Below are positions 9,665 to 19,363 of a stretch of 64,000 nt of DNA, in pieces. Every line of letters starts with the position of its first letter. Position 1 is the stretch's first letter. The position numbers and the translations under genes are program-made. The notes beneath the pieces are model-generated. The model saw only the letters and a program-made list of their open reading frames with translations, ran no database searches and was not told where the DNA came from. The stretch comes from Bacillota bacterium (GTDB lineage: Bacteria > Bacillota > Clostridia > Peptostreptococcales > Anaerovoracaceae). The stretch lies in NCBI GenBank assembly GCA_017459895.1, contig JAFUCA010000003.1, positions 25,020 through 89,019 of the forward strand, in the 5' to 3' direction.

Positions 9665-11827
9665 TTAGTCCTCTGAGACCGCCGTCAGCTTCGCCCGGAA
9701 GCTGATGGCCCTGGGCGTATCCATATCATCGAATAAGATGATGTGGGCTTTTCGCACCAAGTCCACGTCCTGCACCACGCCCCTGCCGAACAGGAAATGC
9801 TCCACCCGCTGGCCGGCCGCGAAGTTCTCCGGCTCCTCCTCGTCCTTCAGGATCTGCGTGCTCCGCTGGATGTAGCGGCGCGCATCCCTGATCAGATCCT
9901 CCCGGGGCGGGGCAGTGTATTCCAGCAGCTCCTGATCGATGTCCAAAGCGAACCTGGAAGGGTATCTCGGCGAGCCGTCGATGTTTCGTCCCTCCGACAT
10001 GGTCAGGATCAGCTGCTTCTCCGCTCTCGTCATTGCGACGAAAGCCAGCCGCCGCTCCTCCTCCATCCCGTCTCTGGTATTGATCTTTCGGGAGGGGAAG
10101 ATTCCCTCGGACATCCCGCAGAGGATCACGCAGGGAAATTCCAGACCCTTCGCCGCATGGACGGTCATCAGCTTCACCTTGTCCGGCTGCTCGGAGGTGT
10201 CCGTATTGGAAAACAGCGCCACATGAGCCAGGTAATGCTCCAGCTCCGTTTCTTCCCCGCAGGTCGCTTCATAATCGTAGATGGACTGTTTCAGCTCCGC
10301 CAGGTTGTCCAGCCTTTCCTGGCTTCCTTCGGTGCGGAGCATCTTCTCATATCCGCTGTCGTTCAGAAGCGCTGAAAGCAAATCGGAGATCTGCCGGCCT
10401 TCGTACTCCGATGCGTACCGGTCGATGAGCCGGACGAACTGAGCTGCCTTCGTGCCCTTCATGTCCGGGCTCTCCAGATTTTCCTTAAGGGCCTCGTAAA
10501 GGCTGGTGCCGCGGGCTGCCGCGTATTCCTTGAGAAAGGCGATCCGCCGCTTGCCCAGGTTTCGCTTCGGCACATTGCAGACCCGCAGGAAGGAAAGGTC
10601 GTCCCGGTAGGCGATCATCCGCAGGTAGCTCAGGGCGTCCTTGATCTCCGCCCGTCCGAAGAACTGGACCCCGCTGTAGATCGTGTAGGGGATCTTCTCC
10701 TTCAGCAGTCCTTCCTCGATGGAGCGGCTCACGTAGTGGGCCCGGTAGAGAATGGCGATGTCGCTGAGCCTCGTGCCCTCCGCCTGCAGCTGCCGGATCT
10801 TCTCCGCGATCCATTTCGCTTCCGCCTCTGCGTTCGGCCCCCGGTGAACCAGGGGCCTGGGGCCGTCGGGGAGCGAAGGAATCAGATCCTTGCGGATGCG
10901 GTTGCGGTTCTTATCGATCAGCGAATTGACAGCCTGCAGGATCTGCGGCGTGGAACGGTAATTGCGCATCATCAGGATGGTCTGCACATCCCTGTGGGTC
11001 TGGGGGAATTCCATCAGGTACTTCCCGCTGGCGCCCCTCCAGGAATAGATGGTCTGGTCGGGGTCCCCGACGATGAACAGATTCCCGTGGTATCCGCACA
11101 GGACCTCCATCAGCTCATACTGAGGCTGGTCGATGTCCTGAAACTCGTCGATCATGATGTACTCCAGCCGCTTCTGCCATTTCTGTTTCGCCGCTTCGCT
11201 GCGCTCAAAAATATACAGTGTGTATTTGATCAGATCGTTGTAATCCAGCCCGAAGCATTTCTTCTCCTGATAAAGGTACCCATAGAAGATGATGTCCTTC
11301 GCGGATTCGGCGCTCTCGTACTTCTGCCAAAGTTCCTCCAGCGACATGCCGATCATATCCATATAATACCGGGGACGCTCCTTCAGCTTGATCATCTCGA
11401 TCATGTCCCGGGCGTGGGAGAAGGTCATATCCCGCAGGGTCAGGCCCCGCTCCTCGTATACGGTCTGCAGCATGGTGTCGATGTCGGAATTGTCCAGCAC
11501 GAGAAAGCTCTTCGGGTACTGGACCACGTGGCTGTCCTCCTGGAGCACGGACACGCAGAAACCGTGAAACGTATTGATGTATCCGGTGTCGTTGTCCCCT
11601 GTCAGCTGGTGGATCCGCTGGCGCATCTCATTAGCCGCCTTATTGGTGAAGGTCACGCACAGGATATTCCCCGGCAGGATCCCGATCTCGTTCACCAGAA
11701 ACGCAAACCGGCTGGACAGCGCCCGGGTCTTGCCGGATCCGGCGCCCGCAACCACCCGGACCATTCCTTCCGTCGCCATGACCGCCTGCCGCTGCTCCTC
11801 GTTCAGATTGTTGATATAATCGTCCAC
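9665..11827 (-). CDS. pcrA: UvrD/PcrA-family SF1 DNA helicase
   Basis: AGAGSGKT, DEFQD, VGDPDQTIYSWRGA, NYRST, MTVHAAKGLEF, EEERRLAFVAMTRA; start moved to GTG at 11827 after an AAGGAG SD. Confidence 0.92.
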   Translation of the reverse strand: MDDYINNLNEEQRQAVMATEGMVRVVAGAGSGKTRALSSRFAFLVNEIGILPGNILCVTFTNKAANEMRQRIHQLTGDNDTGYINTFHGFCVSVLQEDSHVVQYPKSFLVLDNSDIDTMLQTVYEERGLTLRDMTFSHARDMIEMIKLKERPRYYMDMIGMSLEELWQKYESAESAKDIIFYGYLYQEKKCFGLDYNDLIKYTLYIFERSEAAKQKWQKRLEYIMIDEFQDIDQPQYELMEVLCGYHGNLFIVGDPDQTIYSWRGASGKYLMEFPQTHRDVQTILMMRNYRSTPQILQAVNSLIDKNRNRIRKDLIPSLPDGPRPLVHRGPNAEAEAKWIAEKIRQLQAEGTRLSDIAILYRAHYVSRSIEEGLLKEKIPYTIYSGVQFFGRAEIKDALSYLRMIAYRDDLSFLRVCNVPKRNLGKRRIAFLKEYAAARGTSLYEALKENLESPDMKGTKAAQFVRLIDRYASEYEGRQISDLLSALLNDSGYEKMLRTEGSQERLDNLAELKQSIYDYEATCGEETELEHYLAHVALFSNTDTSEQPDKVKLMTVHAAKGLEFPCVILCGMSEGIFPSRKINTRDGMEEERRLAFVAMTRAEKQLILTMSEGRNIDGSPRYPSRFALDIDQELLEYTAPPREDLIRDARRYIQRSTQILKDEEEPENFAAGQRVEHFLFGRGVVQDVDLVRKAHIILFDDMDTPRAISFRAKLTAVSED

Positions 11828-11855
11828 TGTGATACTCCTTGGTATTGGTCTGTTC

Positions 11856-11890
11856 ATTATATCACTGTTCCGCATGCAGAACAAGCGTTC
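11856..11890 (-). promoter_or_regulatory. SigA promoter of the helicase gene overlapped by a LexA (SOS) box
   Basis: TTGTTC-17bp-TATAAT with TG extension; GAAC-AAGC-GTTC at 11879-11890 matches the Firmicute GAAC-N4-GTTC box and covers the -35. Confidence 0.75.
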
Positions 11891-12026
11891 TTTTGCTGTC
11901 CGTGGCCAGAGACGGGTGTCCATGGAATTGTACCGAAACGTTGTTTCAAGGGGTGATTTTACAAAAAAAATCGGCTTTCAAAGCTTGAAACAGCCTGAAA
12001 GCGCGACTTTTTGGTATATAATGCAA

Positions 12027-12779
12027 TCACTCCCCGGTCCAGCGGCCGACGATGAAAAACCGTCCTTCCTCCGTCTGGTAGGCGCAGGTGGACAGCGTCA
12101 CCAGCTGATCGCCGTAAGAGGCGCTCTGCCCGGTATCGTAGATCGACAGGGCCTTCACCCCGTCCACGTAAACCCGGAAGGACTCTTCATCGGTGTATCC
12201 CGGGTATTCGTAATACTTGAACACATCGGAATCCACCGGATAGATCCGGGAATAGCAGGCCGCGATGATCTGGTAGGTCCCCTGGCTGCGGCCGTTCAGC
12301 GTTTCAATGGTAAAGGTCGGATGCTCCCGGAAGAAATCCTCCGATTCGTACTCTACCAGGTCGTGGAACATGGCCCCGCTCTTCATGTGATGACCGTAGA
12401 TCAGCCAGTTCCAGGTGGGCAGATCGATGTCGCTGGCCGCGTCCATGAAGGGCGTGCCCGCATCGGAATACTCCTTGTCAAAGTCCCGGTGCAGATAGAA
12501 TTCCGGATCCACTCCCTCGCCCTTCGTCTGCATGACGGGATAGTCGATCCGGGTCCCTTCAACGGTGACCCAGCCGACGATGTCCTGATTCTTCTGGTAC
12601 AGCGCAGCCAGGTCGTGGCCGCCCTTCTCGTCCTTGAGCTCCCGGAAGGCCGTCTCGGACTGGTGCGCCTCCAGAAAATAACTGGCCAGATAGTACCCGG
12701 ATCCGCAAAACACGATCAGGCAGAGAACGAGCACGATCTTCGTGCCCGTTCCCATTTTTTTCTTCTTGGTTCTTGCCAT
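12027..12779 (-). CDS. srtB: Class B sortase
   Basis: N-terminal TM anchor, IDYPVMQ, LIYGHHM, TLSTC catalytic motif, GRF. Confidence 0.93.
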   Translation of the reverse strand: MARTKKKKMGTGTKIVLVLCLIVFCGSGYYLASYFLEAHQSETAFRELKDEKGGHDLAALYQKNQDIVGWVTVEGTRIDYPVMQTKGEGVDPEFYLHRDFDKEYSDAGTPFMDAASDIDLPTWNWLIYGHHMKSGAMFHDLVEYESEDFFREHPTFTIETLNGRSQGTYQIIAACYSRIYPVDSDVFKYYEYPGYTDEESFRVYVDGVKALSIYDTGQSASYGDQLVTLSTCAYQTEEGRFFIVGRWTGE

Positions 12780-12794
12780 GATATCTCAGTTTAA

Positions 12795-13220
12795 CTATTT
12801 CAGGTCTTCCATTTCGCACAGCTTGACGCCGGCGTTCTTCAGAATGTTCTCCGCTCTCTGCTGATCGGTGGTCTTCATCGTGATCGCCGCTTCACCCTTG
12901 GCGGACTGAATGGTCGAATAGATGTACTTGACGCCGATGCCCGCATCCGCCAGTGCCTGCAGCACAGCGTTCACCGCACCCGGCTTGTTCTCGATGGCAA
13001 CCGCCAGTACTTCGGTAATGCTGGCCATGAAGCCCTTGCCGGACAGAGCGGCAACTGCCTCCTCAGGATTCTGTACGATGCATCTGAGAATTCCGTACTC
13101 ACCGGTCTCTGCGATCGTGACCGCGTTCAGGTCAACGTTGTTCTCCGCGAGGATCTGTGTCAGATCCGCCAGTCTTCCTGTCTCGTTCTCCAGGAAAATC
13201 GATACCTGTTTCACTGCCAT
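12795..13220 (-). CDS. Tandem ACT-domain (amino acid-binding) protein
   Basis: KQVSIFLENETGRLA and ENKPGA ACT repeats; usual partner of paaK. Confidence 0.9.
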   Translation of the reverse strand: MAVKQVSIFLENETGRLADLTQILAENNVDLNAVTIAETGEYGILRCIVQNPEEAVAALSGKGFMASITEVLAVAIENKPGAVNAVLQALADAGIGVKYIYSTIQSAKGEAAITMKTTDQQRAENILKNAGVKLCEMEDLK

Positions 13221-14521
13221 TATTCGTAATTCCTCCTATCTTCCACTCTGACTGCTTTACCTTCACTTCTCGGCAGAGTTCCCGCGTTGAGGAACCGGAC
13301 CTTGCAGCCGATCTGCAGAATGTCGCGCAGCGCGTGCTCGACCCGCTTCTTCATGTTCTCGACGAATTCAATGTCATCGATCGCCAGACCTTCTGCGAAC
13401 TCAACCATCAATTCAATGGTATCATTATTATGCTTCCTGTCAACCAGGATCTTGTAGTTCAGCGTCAGCTCCTCGAACTTGGCAATGACCGTCTCGACCT
13501 GGGACGGGAATACGTTGACGCCCTTGACGATCAGCATATCGTCGGTTCTGCCGAAGACGCGGCTCATGCGGACCGTCGTTCTGCCGCAGGCGCACTTCTC
13601 ATCCATCAGGTAGCAGATGTCTCTCGTTCTGTAACGGATCATCGGCATACCGCGCTTGCACAGGGTGGTGAATACCAGCTCACCGGTCTCTCCCATCGGC
13701 AGCGGCTTCAGTGTATTCGGATCGACGATCTCAGGATAGAACAGGTCTTCGTTGATATGCATTCCGTTGTTCTCAATGCAGCTGGTGGCAACGCCCGGGC
13801 CGGTGATCTCAACGAGCCCGTAGATGTCGTGCGCCCGGATGCCCAGGCCCTTCTCGATCTTCGTGCGCATGCTCTGGGTCCAGGGCTCCGCACCGAACAG
13901 ACCCGCTCTCAGGGACAGATCTTCCGGCTTGATGCCAGCCTTTTCGACCGCCTCGGCGATGGTCAGCGCGTAGGACGGAGTGCAGCAGAGCACGTCGCTC
14001 TTCATATCCTGCAGGAACATCACCTGACGGGCCGTGTTTCCGGAGCTCATCGGCAGAACCGTGGCGCCGATGGCCTCCGCGCCGGCATGGGCTCCCAGAC
14101 CGCCGGTGAACAGACCGTATCCATAGGCAACGTGGGCCACATCGTTTCTGCCGATGCCGGCCATGGTCAGTCCTCTGGCCACGCCTTCCGCCCAGTCGGC
14201 CATGTCTCCTTCCGTATAGCCGACGATCTTCGGCTTACCGGTGGTTCCGGAGGAAGACTGAATACGGACGATGTCCTCCATCTTCGCTGCGAACAGCCCC
14301 GTGGGATAATTCTCCGCCAGATCCTCCTTCGTGATGAACGGCAGCAGCGCAATGTCTTCCAAAGTCTGGATATCCTCCGGTTTTACCCCGGCCTTGTCCA
14401 TCTTCGCTGCATAGTACGGTACGTTCTCATACTCGTACTTCACTGACGCCTGCAGCCGTTCCAGCTGCAGCTGCCGCATGGTCTCGCGGTCAGCACATTC
14501 CATTTCTTTGTTCCAGATCAT
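13220..14521 (-). CDS. paaK: Phenylacetate-CoA ligase (aryl-acetate CoA ligase)
   Basis: SSGTTGKP, YGYGLFTGGLG, GAEPW, DIYGL, RYRTRD, GRTDDMLIVKGVNVFPSQ. Confidence 0.94.
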   Translation of the reverse strand: MIWNKEMECADRETMRQLQLERLQASVKYEYENVPYYAAKMDKAGVKPEDIQTLEDIALLPFITKEDLAENYPTGLFAAKMEDIVRIQSSSGTTGKPKIVGYTEGDMADWAEGVARGLTMAGIGRNDVAHVAYGYGLFTGGLGAHAGAEAIGATVLPMSSGNTARQVMFLQDMKSDVLCCTPSYALTIAEAVEKAGIKPEDLSLRAGLFGAEPWTQSMRTKIEKGLGIRAHDIYGLVEITGPGVATSCIENNGMHINEDLFYPEIVDPNTLKPLPMGETGELVFTTLCKRGMPMIRYRTRDICYLMDEKCACGRTTVRMSRVFGRTDDMLIVKGVNVFPSQVETVIAKFEELTLNYKILVDRKHNNDTIELMVEFAEGLAIDDIEFVENMKKRVEHALRDILQIGCKVRFLNAGTLPRSEGKAVRVEDRRNYE

Positions 14522-14587
14522 ACCTTTTTCCTTTCGGTTCTTAGAGTTAACTTGAGCAAATCCGTATTTTTACCGGGGCAGCCGGGC

Positions 14588-15160
14588 TTACGCCAGCTGT
14601 CCCTTGATAAATGCGAACTTGTTCATCTCCACGAACTTTTCTTTCACATTCCCTTCTATAACCTTCATCCATGCATCAGTGCTAAAAGGAAGATTTCTTG
14701 AAGCAGCTCCCAGAAGTACCACGTTAACAGCCTTGCTGCTGCCGCTTTCCTCTGCAATCTGCATGGCATCAAACGCCTTGAGATTTCCGGCTCTCTCCGC
14801 CAGGATCCGTTCCAGATCCACCGGAATCTCCGCCTGCCCCATGATAACCGGCATGGGCAGGATCTGCTGTGTATTCACGTAAAGGGTGCCGCCCTCCTTC
14901 AGATAGGGCAGCCACCGGTAAGCCTCCAGCTTCTCGAAGGCCAGAATGATATCCGCCTCGCCTTCTTCGATCAGAGGCGAGCCCACTTTATCGTCAGAAA
15001 TCTTCACGTGGGTCACGACGCTGCCGCCTCTCTGGGACATGCCGTGAACCTCGCTCAGCTTCACATCGTAACCGTTCTCCAGCGCCAGGTTACCCAGCAG
15101 CACGCTGGCCAGCAGGGTGCCCTGTCCGCCGACTCCTACGATCAGAATATTGGTGTTCAT
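14588..15160 (-). CDS. iorB: Indolepyruvate:ferredoxin oxidoreductase beta subunit
   Basis: GVGGQG, SEVHGMSQRGGSV; start at ATG 15160 after a GGAGGT SD. Confidence 0.93.
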   Translation of the reverse strand: MNTNILIVGVGGQGTLLASVLLGNLALENGYDVKLSEVHGMSQRGGSVVTHVKISDDKVGSPLIEEGEADIILAFEKLEAYRWLPYLKEGGTLYVNTQQILPMPVIMGQAEIPVDLERILAERAGNLKAFDAMQIAEESGSSKAVNVVLLGAASRNLPFSTDAWMKVIEGNVKEKFVEMNKFAFIKGQLA

Positions 15161-16896
15161 TATTTTACCTCCTTCGCGGTGCTGTCGATGGCATCGAACG
15201 GGCAGACCCGCATACAGAGTCCGCATCCGACGCAGGCACCGGGCACGATATATGGTCTGCCATCCCGCACTTCGATGGCCGGGCAGCCGATCTTCATGCA
15301 CTGACGGCAGTTCCTGCACCGGTCCGTAACGACATTGGGGATATTGGACTGCTTGACGATCATGGCGCAGGGCCGCTTGGTGATGATCACGGACAGCTCG
15401 TCCCTGGAGGTCTCTTCCCTGACGACCTTCTCCAGATCCTTCACGTCAAAGGGGTCGATCTCCACAACGTTCTTCACACCGCAGGCCTGGCACAGGGTCT
15501 TCAGATCGATGGCCGGCGCCGGCTCGCCCTTGGCGTTTCTGCCGGAAGCCGGATTCTGCTGGTGACCGGTCATGCCGGTGATCCGGTTGTCCAGGATGAT
15601 GACCGTTCCCTTGGCTTCGTTGTAGCACATATTGATCAGACCGGTGATGCCGGAATGCAGGAAAGTGGAATCTCCCAGCACGGCAACCGCGTTCGACTTA
15701 TCCCCGGTGGCCTTCTCGAATCCGTGGGCCATGCCGATGGAGGCGCCCATGCACAGACAGGAGTCCATTGCGGATGTCGGCGGCAGCGCCGCCAGGGTAT
15801 AGCATCCGATATCGCCGAAGACCGTGGTCTTCAGCTTGCTCAGGACGTAGAACAGTCCCTTGTGCGGACATCCCGCGCACAGAAGCGGCGGACGTCCGGG
15901 TGCATCGCTGGTGTCCACGGGCTCCGCTCCTGCGTCTTCCCCGAAGGCCTCCCGGATCATGCGGGCGCTGTATTCTCCCTGAATGGTGAACATGTCTTTG
16001 CCCCCGGCGACGGGAATGCCCCAGGACCGGATCTGTTCTTCGATGAAAGGCTGGCCCTCCTCGATGACGTAGAGCTTGTCCACATTTGAGGCGAAGTCAC
16101 GGATCAGATCCTTCGGCAGAGGGTTCACGATCCCCAGCTTCAGGAAGCTGACATCCGGCAGCGCGTCCTTCGCATACTGATAACAGATGCCGGAGGTCAC
16201 GATACCGATGGAGGCGTCCCCCATCTGCACATCGTTGATATCCCATTCACAGGAATCGGTCGCGATCTGAGCGAGTCTCTCCTCCTGCGCGACATGCAGC
16301 TTCCTCGCCATGGCCGGCATGGCCACGTACTTCATGAAGTTCTTCTCGTAGGGGATCCGTTCCCGGTCCTGCCGCTCTCCCAGCTCCACGATGCCCCGGG
16401 AATGGGACACTCTCGTATTGGAGCGCAGGAGCACGACGGTGTCGTATTTCTCGCTGATATCATAAGCTAATTTTATGTAGTCTTTGCATTCCTGGGAATC
16501 CGCCGGCTCCAGCACCGGAACACCGGCGCTCCTGCCGTGAAACCGGGAATCCTGCTCGTTCTGGCTGGAGTGACATCCGTTGTCATCCGCCACCAGAACC
16601 ACCATTCCTCCGTTGACGCCCGTGTAGGCTGCGGTATAGAACGGGTCGGATGCCACGTTCAGACCCACGTGTTTCATGCAGCTTAAGGATCTGGCACCCC
16701 CCAGAGACGCGCCCATGGCCACCTCAACGCCAACCTTCTCGTTCGGCGCCCATTCCACATGCATCTCATCATATTTCGCGCATGTTTCGGTTACCTCGGT
16801 GCTCGGTGTCCCCGGATAGGAGGATACCACCGTCACGCCCGCTTCCCAGGCACCTGCCGCGAAGGCTTCGTTGCCCAACATGATCTTCTTAGTCAT
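15160..16896 (-). CDS. iorA: Indolepyruvate:ferredoxin oxidoreductase alpha subunit
   Basis: YPGTPSTE, MKHVGLNVA, SSQNEQD, LCAGCPH, GDIGCY, GDSTFLHSG, C-terminal 2x[4Fe-4S]; start MTKKIMLG. Confidence 0.95.
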   Translation of the reverse strand: MTKKIMLGNEAFAAGAWEAGVTVVSSYPGTPSTEVTETCAKYDEMHVEWAPNEKVGVEVAMGASLGGARSLSCMKHVGLNVASDPFYTAAYTGVNGGMVVLVADDNGCHSSQNEQDSRFHGRSAGVPVLEPADSQECKDYIKLAYDISEKYDTVVLLRSNTRVSHSRGIVELGERQDRERIPYEKNFMKYVAMPAMARKLHVAQEERLAQIATDSCEWDINDVQMGDASIGIVTSGICYQYAKDALPDVSFLKLGIVNPLPKDLIRDFASNVDKLYVIEEGQPFIEEQIRSWGIPVAGGKDMFTIQGEYSARMIREAFGEDAGAEPVDTSDAPGRPPLLCAGCPHKGLFYVLSKLKTTVFGDIGCYTLAALPPTSAMDSCLCMGASIGMAHGFEKATGDKSNAVAVLGDSTFLHSGITGLINMCYNEAKGTVIILDNRITGMTGHQQNPASGRNAKGEPAPAIDLKTLCQACGVKNVVEIDPFDVKDLEKVVREETSRDELSVIITKRPCAMIVKQSNIPNVVTDRCRNCRQCMKIGCPAIEVRDGRPYIVPGACVGCGLCMRVCPFDAIDSTAKEVK

Positions 16897-16916
16897 AAGT
16901 CTGTGATTCCCTTTCT

Positions 16917-17846
16917 TTATTCGCACTTGCTCAGCAGCTTCTCCCACTGCTGGTCGACGTATTCCTGCGTCTCTTCGATCATCCACTCATTGCCCGGTTT
17001 GAACATGTGACGGAATCTTCCCTGCATGGAGAGGAACTCCTCCACCGGAAGCTTCTTCCTCGGTTCGTAGGTCAGGCGCCAGACGCCGCCTTCGATCTCG
17101 TAGAGGGGCCACACGCAGGTGTCCACGGCCGCCTTGCAGATCTTCGGCAGGTCCTGGGCATCGTAGCGCCAGCCCCGGGGGCATGGCGCCAGCACGTTCA
17201 GGAAACATGGGCCCTCGGTGTAAATGGCCTTGTGCGCCTTGCCGTGCAGGTCACGGAAATCCCCGATGAAGGTGGTCTGGGCCGCATAAGGTATGTTATG
17301 CGCCGCCATGATCTCGGTCAGGTTCTTCTTGTTCTGGACCTTGCCCGGGATCTTGCTTCCCGCAGGGGACGTGGTGGCGTCGGCGAACCGGGGCGTGGAA
17401 GAGGCTCTCTGGATACCGGTGTTCATATAGGCTTCGTTGTCATAGCAGACGTAGACCATGTCGTGTCCCCGCTCCATAGCGCCGGACAGGGACTGCAGCC
17501 CGATATCGTAGGTGCCGCCGTCTCCGCCGAAGGTGATGAACTTGAAGGTATCCTTCACCTTTCCCTTCTTCTTCAGAACGTTGTATGCGGCCTCCACGCC
17601 GGACATGGTCGCGCCGGCGTTCTCGAAGGCGCTGTGAATGTAGCTGTCGTAATAGGCCGTATTCGGATAGATGAAACTGGAGACCTCCAGACATCCGGTG
17701 GCGTTGCCCACAACGGCTTTGTCTCCTTCTTCCAGAGCGCGCAGCACGCCGCGGACGGCGATCCCTGCGCCGCAGCCGGCGCACAGACGGTGCCCGCCGG
17801 CAAGCCGCTCCGGTTTATTGACTTCTCGTTTCAGATTGTATGCCAT
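16917..17846 (-). CDS. porB: 2-oxoacid:ferredoxin oxidoreductase beta (TPP-binding) subunit
   Basis: GHRLCAGCG, TGCLEV, GGDGGTYDIG, DNEAYMNTGIQR. Confidence 0.92.
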   Translation of the reverse strand: MAYNLKREVNKPERLAGGHRLCAGCGAGIAVRGVLRALEEGDKAVVGNATGCLEVSSFIYPNTAYYDSYIHSAFENAGATMSGVEAAYNVLKKKGKVKDTFKFITFGGDGGTYDIGLQSLSGAMERGHDMVYVCYDNEAYMNTGIQRASSTPRFADATTSPAGSKIPGKVQNKKNLTEIMAAHNIPYAAQTTFIGDFRDLHGKAHKAIYTEGPCFLNVLAPCPRGWRYDAQDLPKICKAAVDTCVWPLYEIEGGVWRLTYEPRKKLPVEEFLSMQGRFRHMFKPGNEWMIEETQEYVDQQWEKLLSKCE

Positions 17847-17858
17847 GCTCTTCTCCTG

Positions 17859-19055
17859 TTATCTGCCCGCCGCCTCATCGCGGTCACGCACACCGATGTA
17901 CCGATATACATCGCCGGATTCCCCGGCGGAAGCGATCTCCTCCAGCGCCGTGAATACCTGCCGGAAGTGATCGACGGTCACGTCTCTGCCGCCCAATCCG
18001 TAGATATAATCGACGGCCAGCGGGCGCTCCTTCCTGTCATACAGCGCGCTTCGCACCTCGGCGAACAGCGGTCCGCCGCAGCCGTTGAAGCTTTCGGCCT
18101 TGTCCATCACTGCCACTGCCCGGACGCGGGACAGGGCCTCGGCCAGTTCTTTCGCCGGAAACGGCCGGAACACCCGGACCTTGATCAGACCGGCTCTGCA
18201 GCCTTCCTCTCTGAGCTGATCGACGCAGGCCTTGGCGGTTCCCGCGCTGGAGCCAATGACGACGACGGCTGTATCCGCATCCTCCATCCGGTATTCCTCG
18301 ATGAATCCGTAGTGGCGGCCGGTCATATCTTCAAACTGCTGCGCCACATTCAGGATGGCGCCGCCGGCCTCCTTCATCGCCTGGGCCTGGGCCCGCTTGA
18401 CTTCCATATAATAGGGGGCCGTTCCGTAGGGGCCCACCGCCAGAGGCTCTTCTCCGTTCAGAAGCCATGCCTCCGGTTCGTATTCTCCGACGAATTCCTT
18501 CACCTTCTCGTCTTCGATGAGTTCGATGTTGGAAACGCCGTGGCTGGTAATGAATCCATCCTGACAGACCATGACCGGAAGCCGCGTCGCTTCGCCGATC
18601 AGGATCGCCTGAATGAAGTTATCGTAGACTTCCTGGTTATCCTCCGCGTAGATCTGCAGCCATCCGCTGTCCCGGGCTCCCATGGCATCCGAGTGGTCGT
18701 TGCCGATGCTGATGGGTCCGGTCAGCGCCCGGTTGGAGACCGCCATGGTGATGGGCAGCCGCGAGGATGCCGCCACGTACAGCAGCTCCCACATATAGGC
18801 CAGCCCGCAGGAGGACGTAGCCGTCACCGCCCGTGCTCCCGCCGCCGATGCTCCGATGCATACGGACATGGCGCTGTGCTCCGACTCAACCGGCACGAAC
18901 TGGGTGTCCACCAGCCCGTTGGCCATGAACTGAGAAAAGTATTCCGGGATCTCCGTCGACGGCGTGATGGGAAAGGCGCCGCAGACGTCCGGATTGATCT
19001 GTCTCATCGCAGTGGCAACCGCTTCGTTGCCGGACATTCGTTCTCTTATTGCCAC
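17859..19055 (-). CDS. porA: 2-oxoacid:ferredoxin oxidoreductase alpha subunit
   Basis: GNEAVA, FPITPSTE, VESEHSAMS, GLGGRD; GTG start. Confidence 0.92.
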   Translation of the reverse strand: MAIRERMSGNEAVATAMRQINPDVCGAFPITPSTEIPEYFSQFMANGLVDTQFVPVESEHSAMSVCIGASAAGARAVTATSSCGLAYMWELLYVAASSRLPITMAVSNRALTGPISIGNDHSDAMGARDSGWLQIYAEDNQEVYDNFIQAILIGEATRLPVMVCQDGFITSHGVSNIELIEDEKVKEFVGEYEPEAWLLNGEEPLAVGPYGTAPYYMEVKRAQAQAMKEAGGAILNVAQQFEDMTGRHYGFIEEYRMEDADTAVVVIGSSAGTAKACVDQLREEGCRAGLIKVRVFRPFPAKELAEALSRVRAVAVMDKAESFNGCGGPLFAEVRSALYDRKERPLAVDYIYGLGGRDVTVDHFRQVFTALEEIASAGESGDVYRYIGVRDRDEAAGR

Positions 19056-19363
19056 TACTTCTCCTCCTTCACATATTCGATCGCATCAAAGGGGCATACG
19101 TTCACACAGATGCCGCAGCCTTTGCAGTGATAAAAATCAAAATCCCCCCGCTTCTCATCCTGTACCGGAATGGCGCTGTCGGGGCAGAACGGTACGCAGA
19201 GCAGGCATTGCTTGCACTTGTCTTCCCGGAAGACCGGCGTCATGACCCGCCACTCGCCGGTGTTGATGTACCGCGAGGTAGCCGGCTCGTAGATCTCCGC
19301 GCCCTTCGTTATATCCTGCCAGCTGATGCTCTCGTTGATATCTGCTGCTTTGATCCTGTTCAT
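19055..19363 (-). CDS. porD: 2-oxoacid:ferredoxin oxidoreductase delta (ferredoxin) subunit
   Basis: TGEWR plus CKQCLLCVPFCP and CKGCGICVNVCP. Confidence 0.92.
   Translation of the reverse strand: MNRIKAADINESISWQDITKGAEIYEPATSRYINTGEWRVMTPVFREDKCKQCLLCVPFCPDSAIPVQDEKRGDFDFYHCKGCGICVNVCPFDAIEYVKEEK

Noticed and set aside
11828-11923. N-terminal ORF-track extensions (also iorB, iorA, minD, lexA, moxR, CapK-like, tagF)
   Set aside because: Downstream starts have better SDs and match family N-termini; the extensions overlap promoters or neighbouring genes
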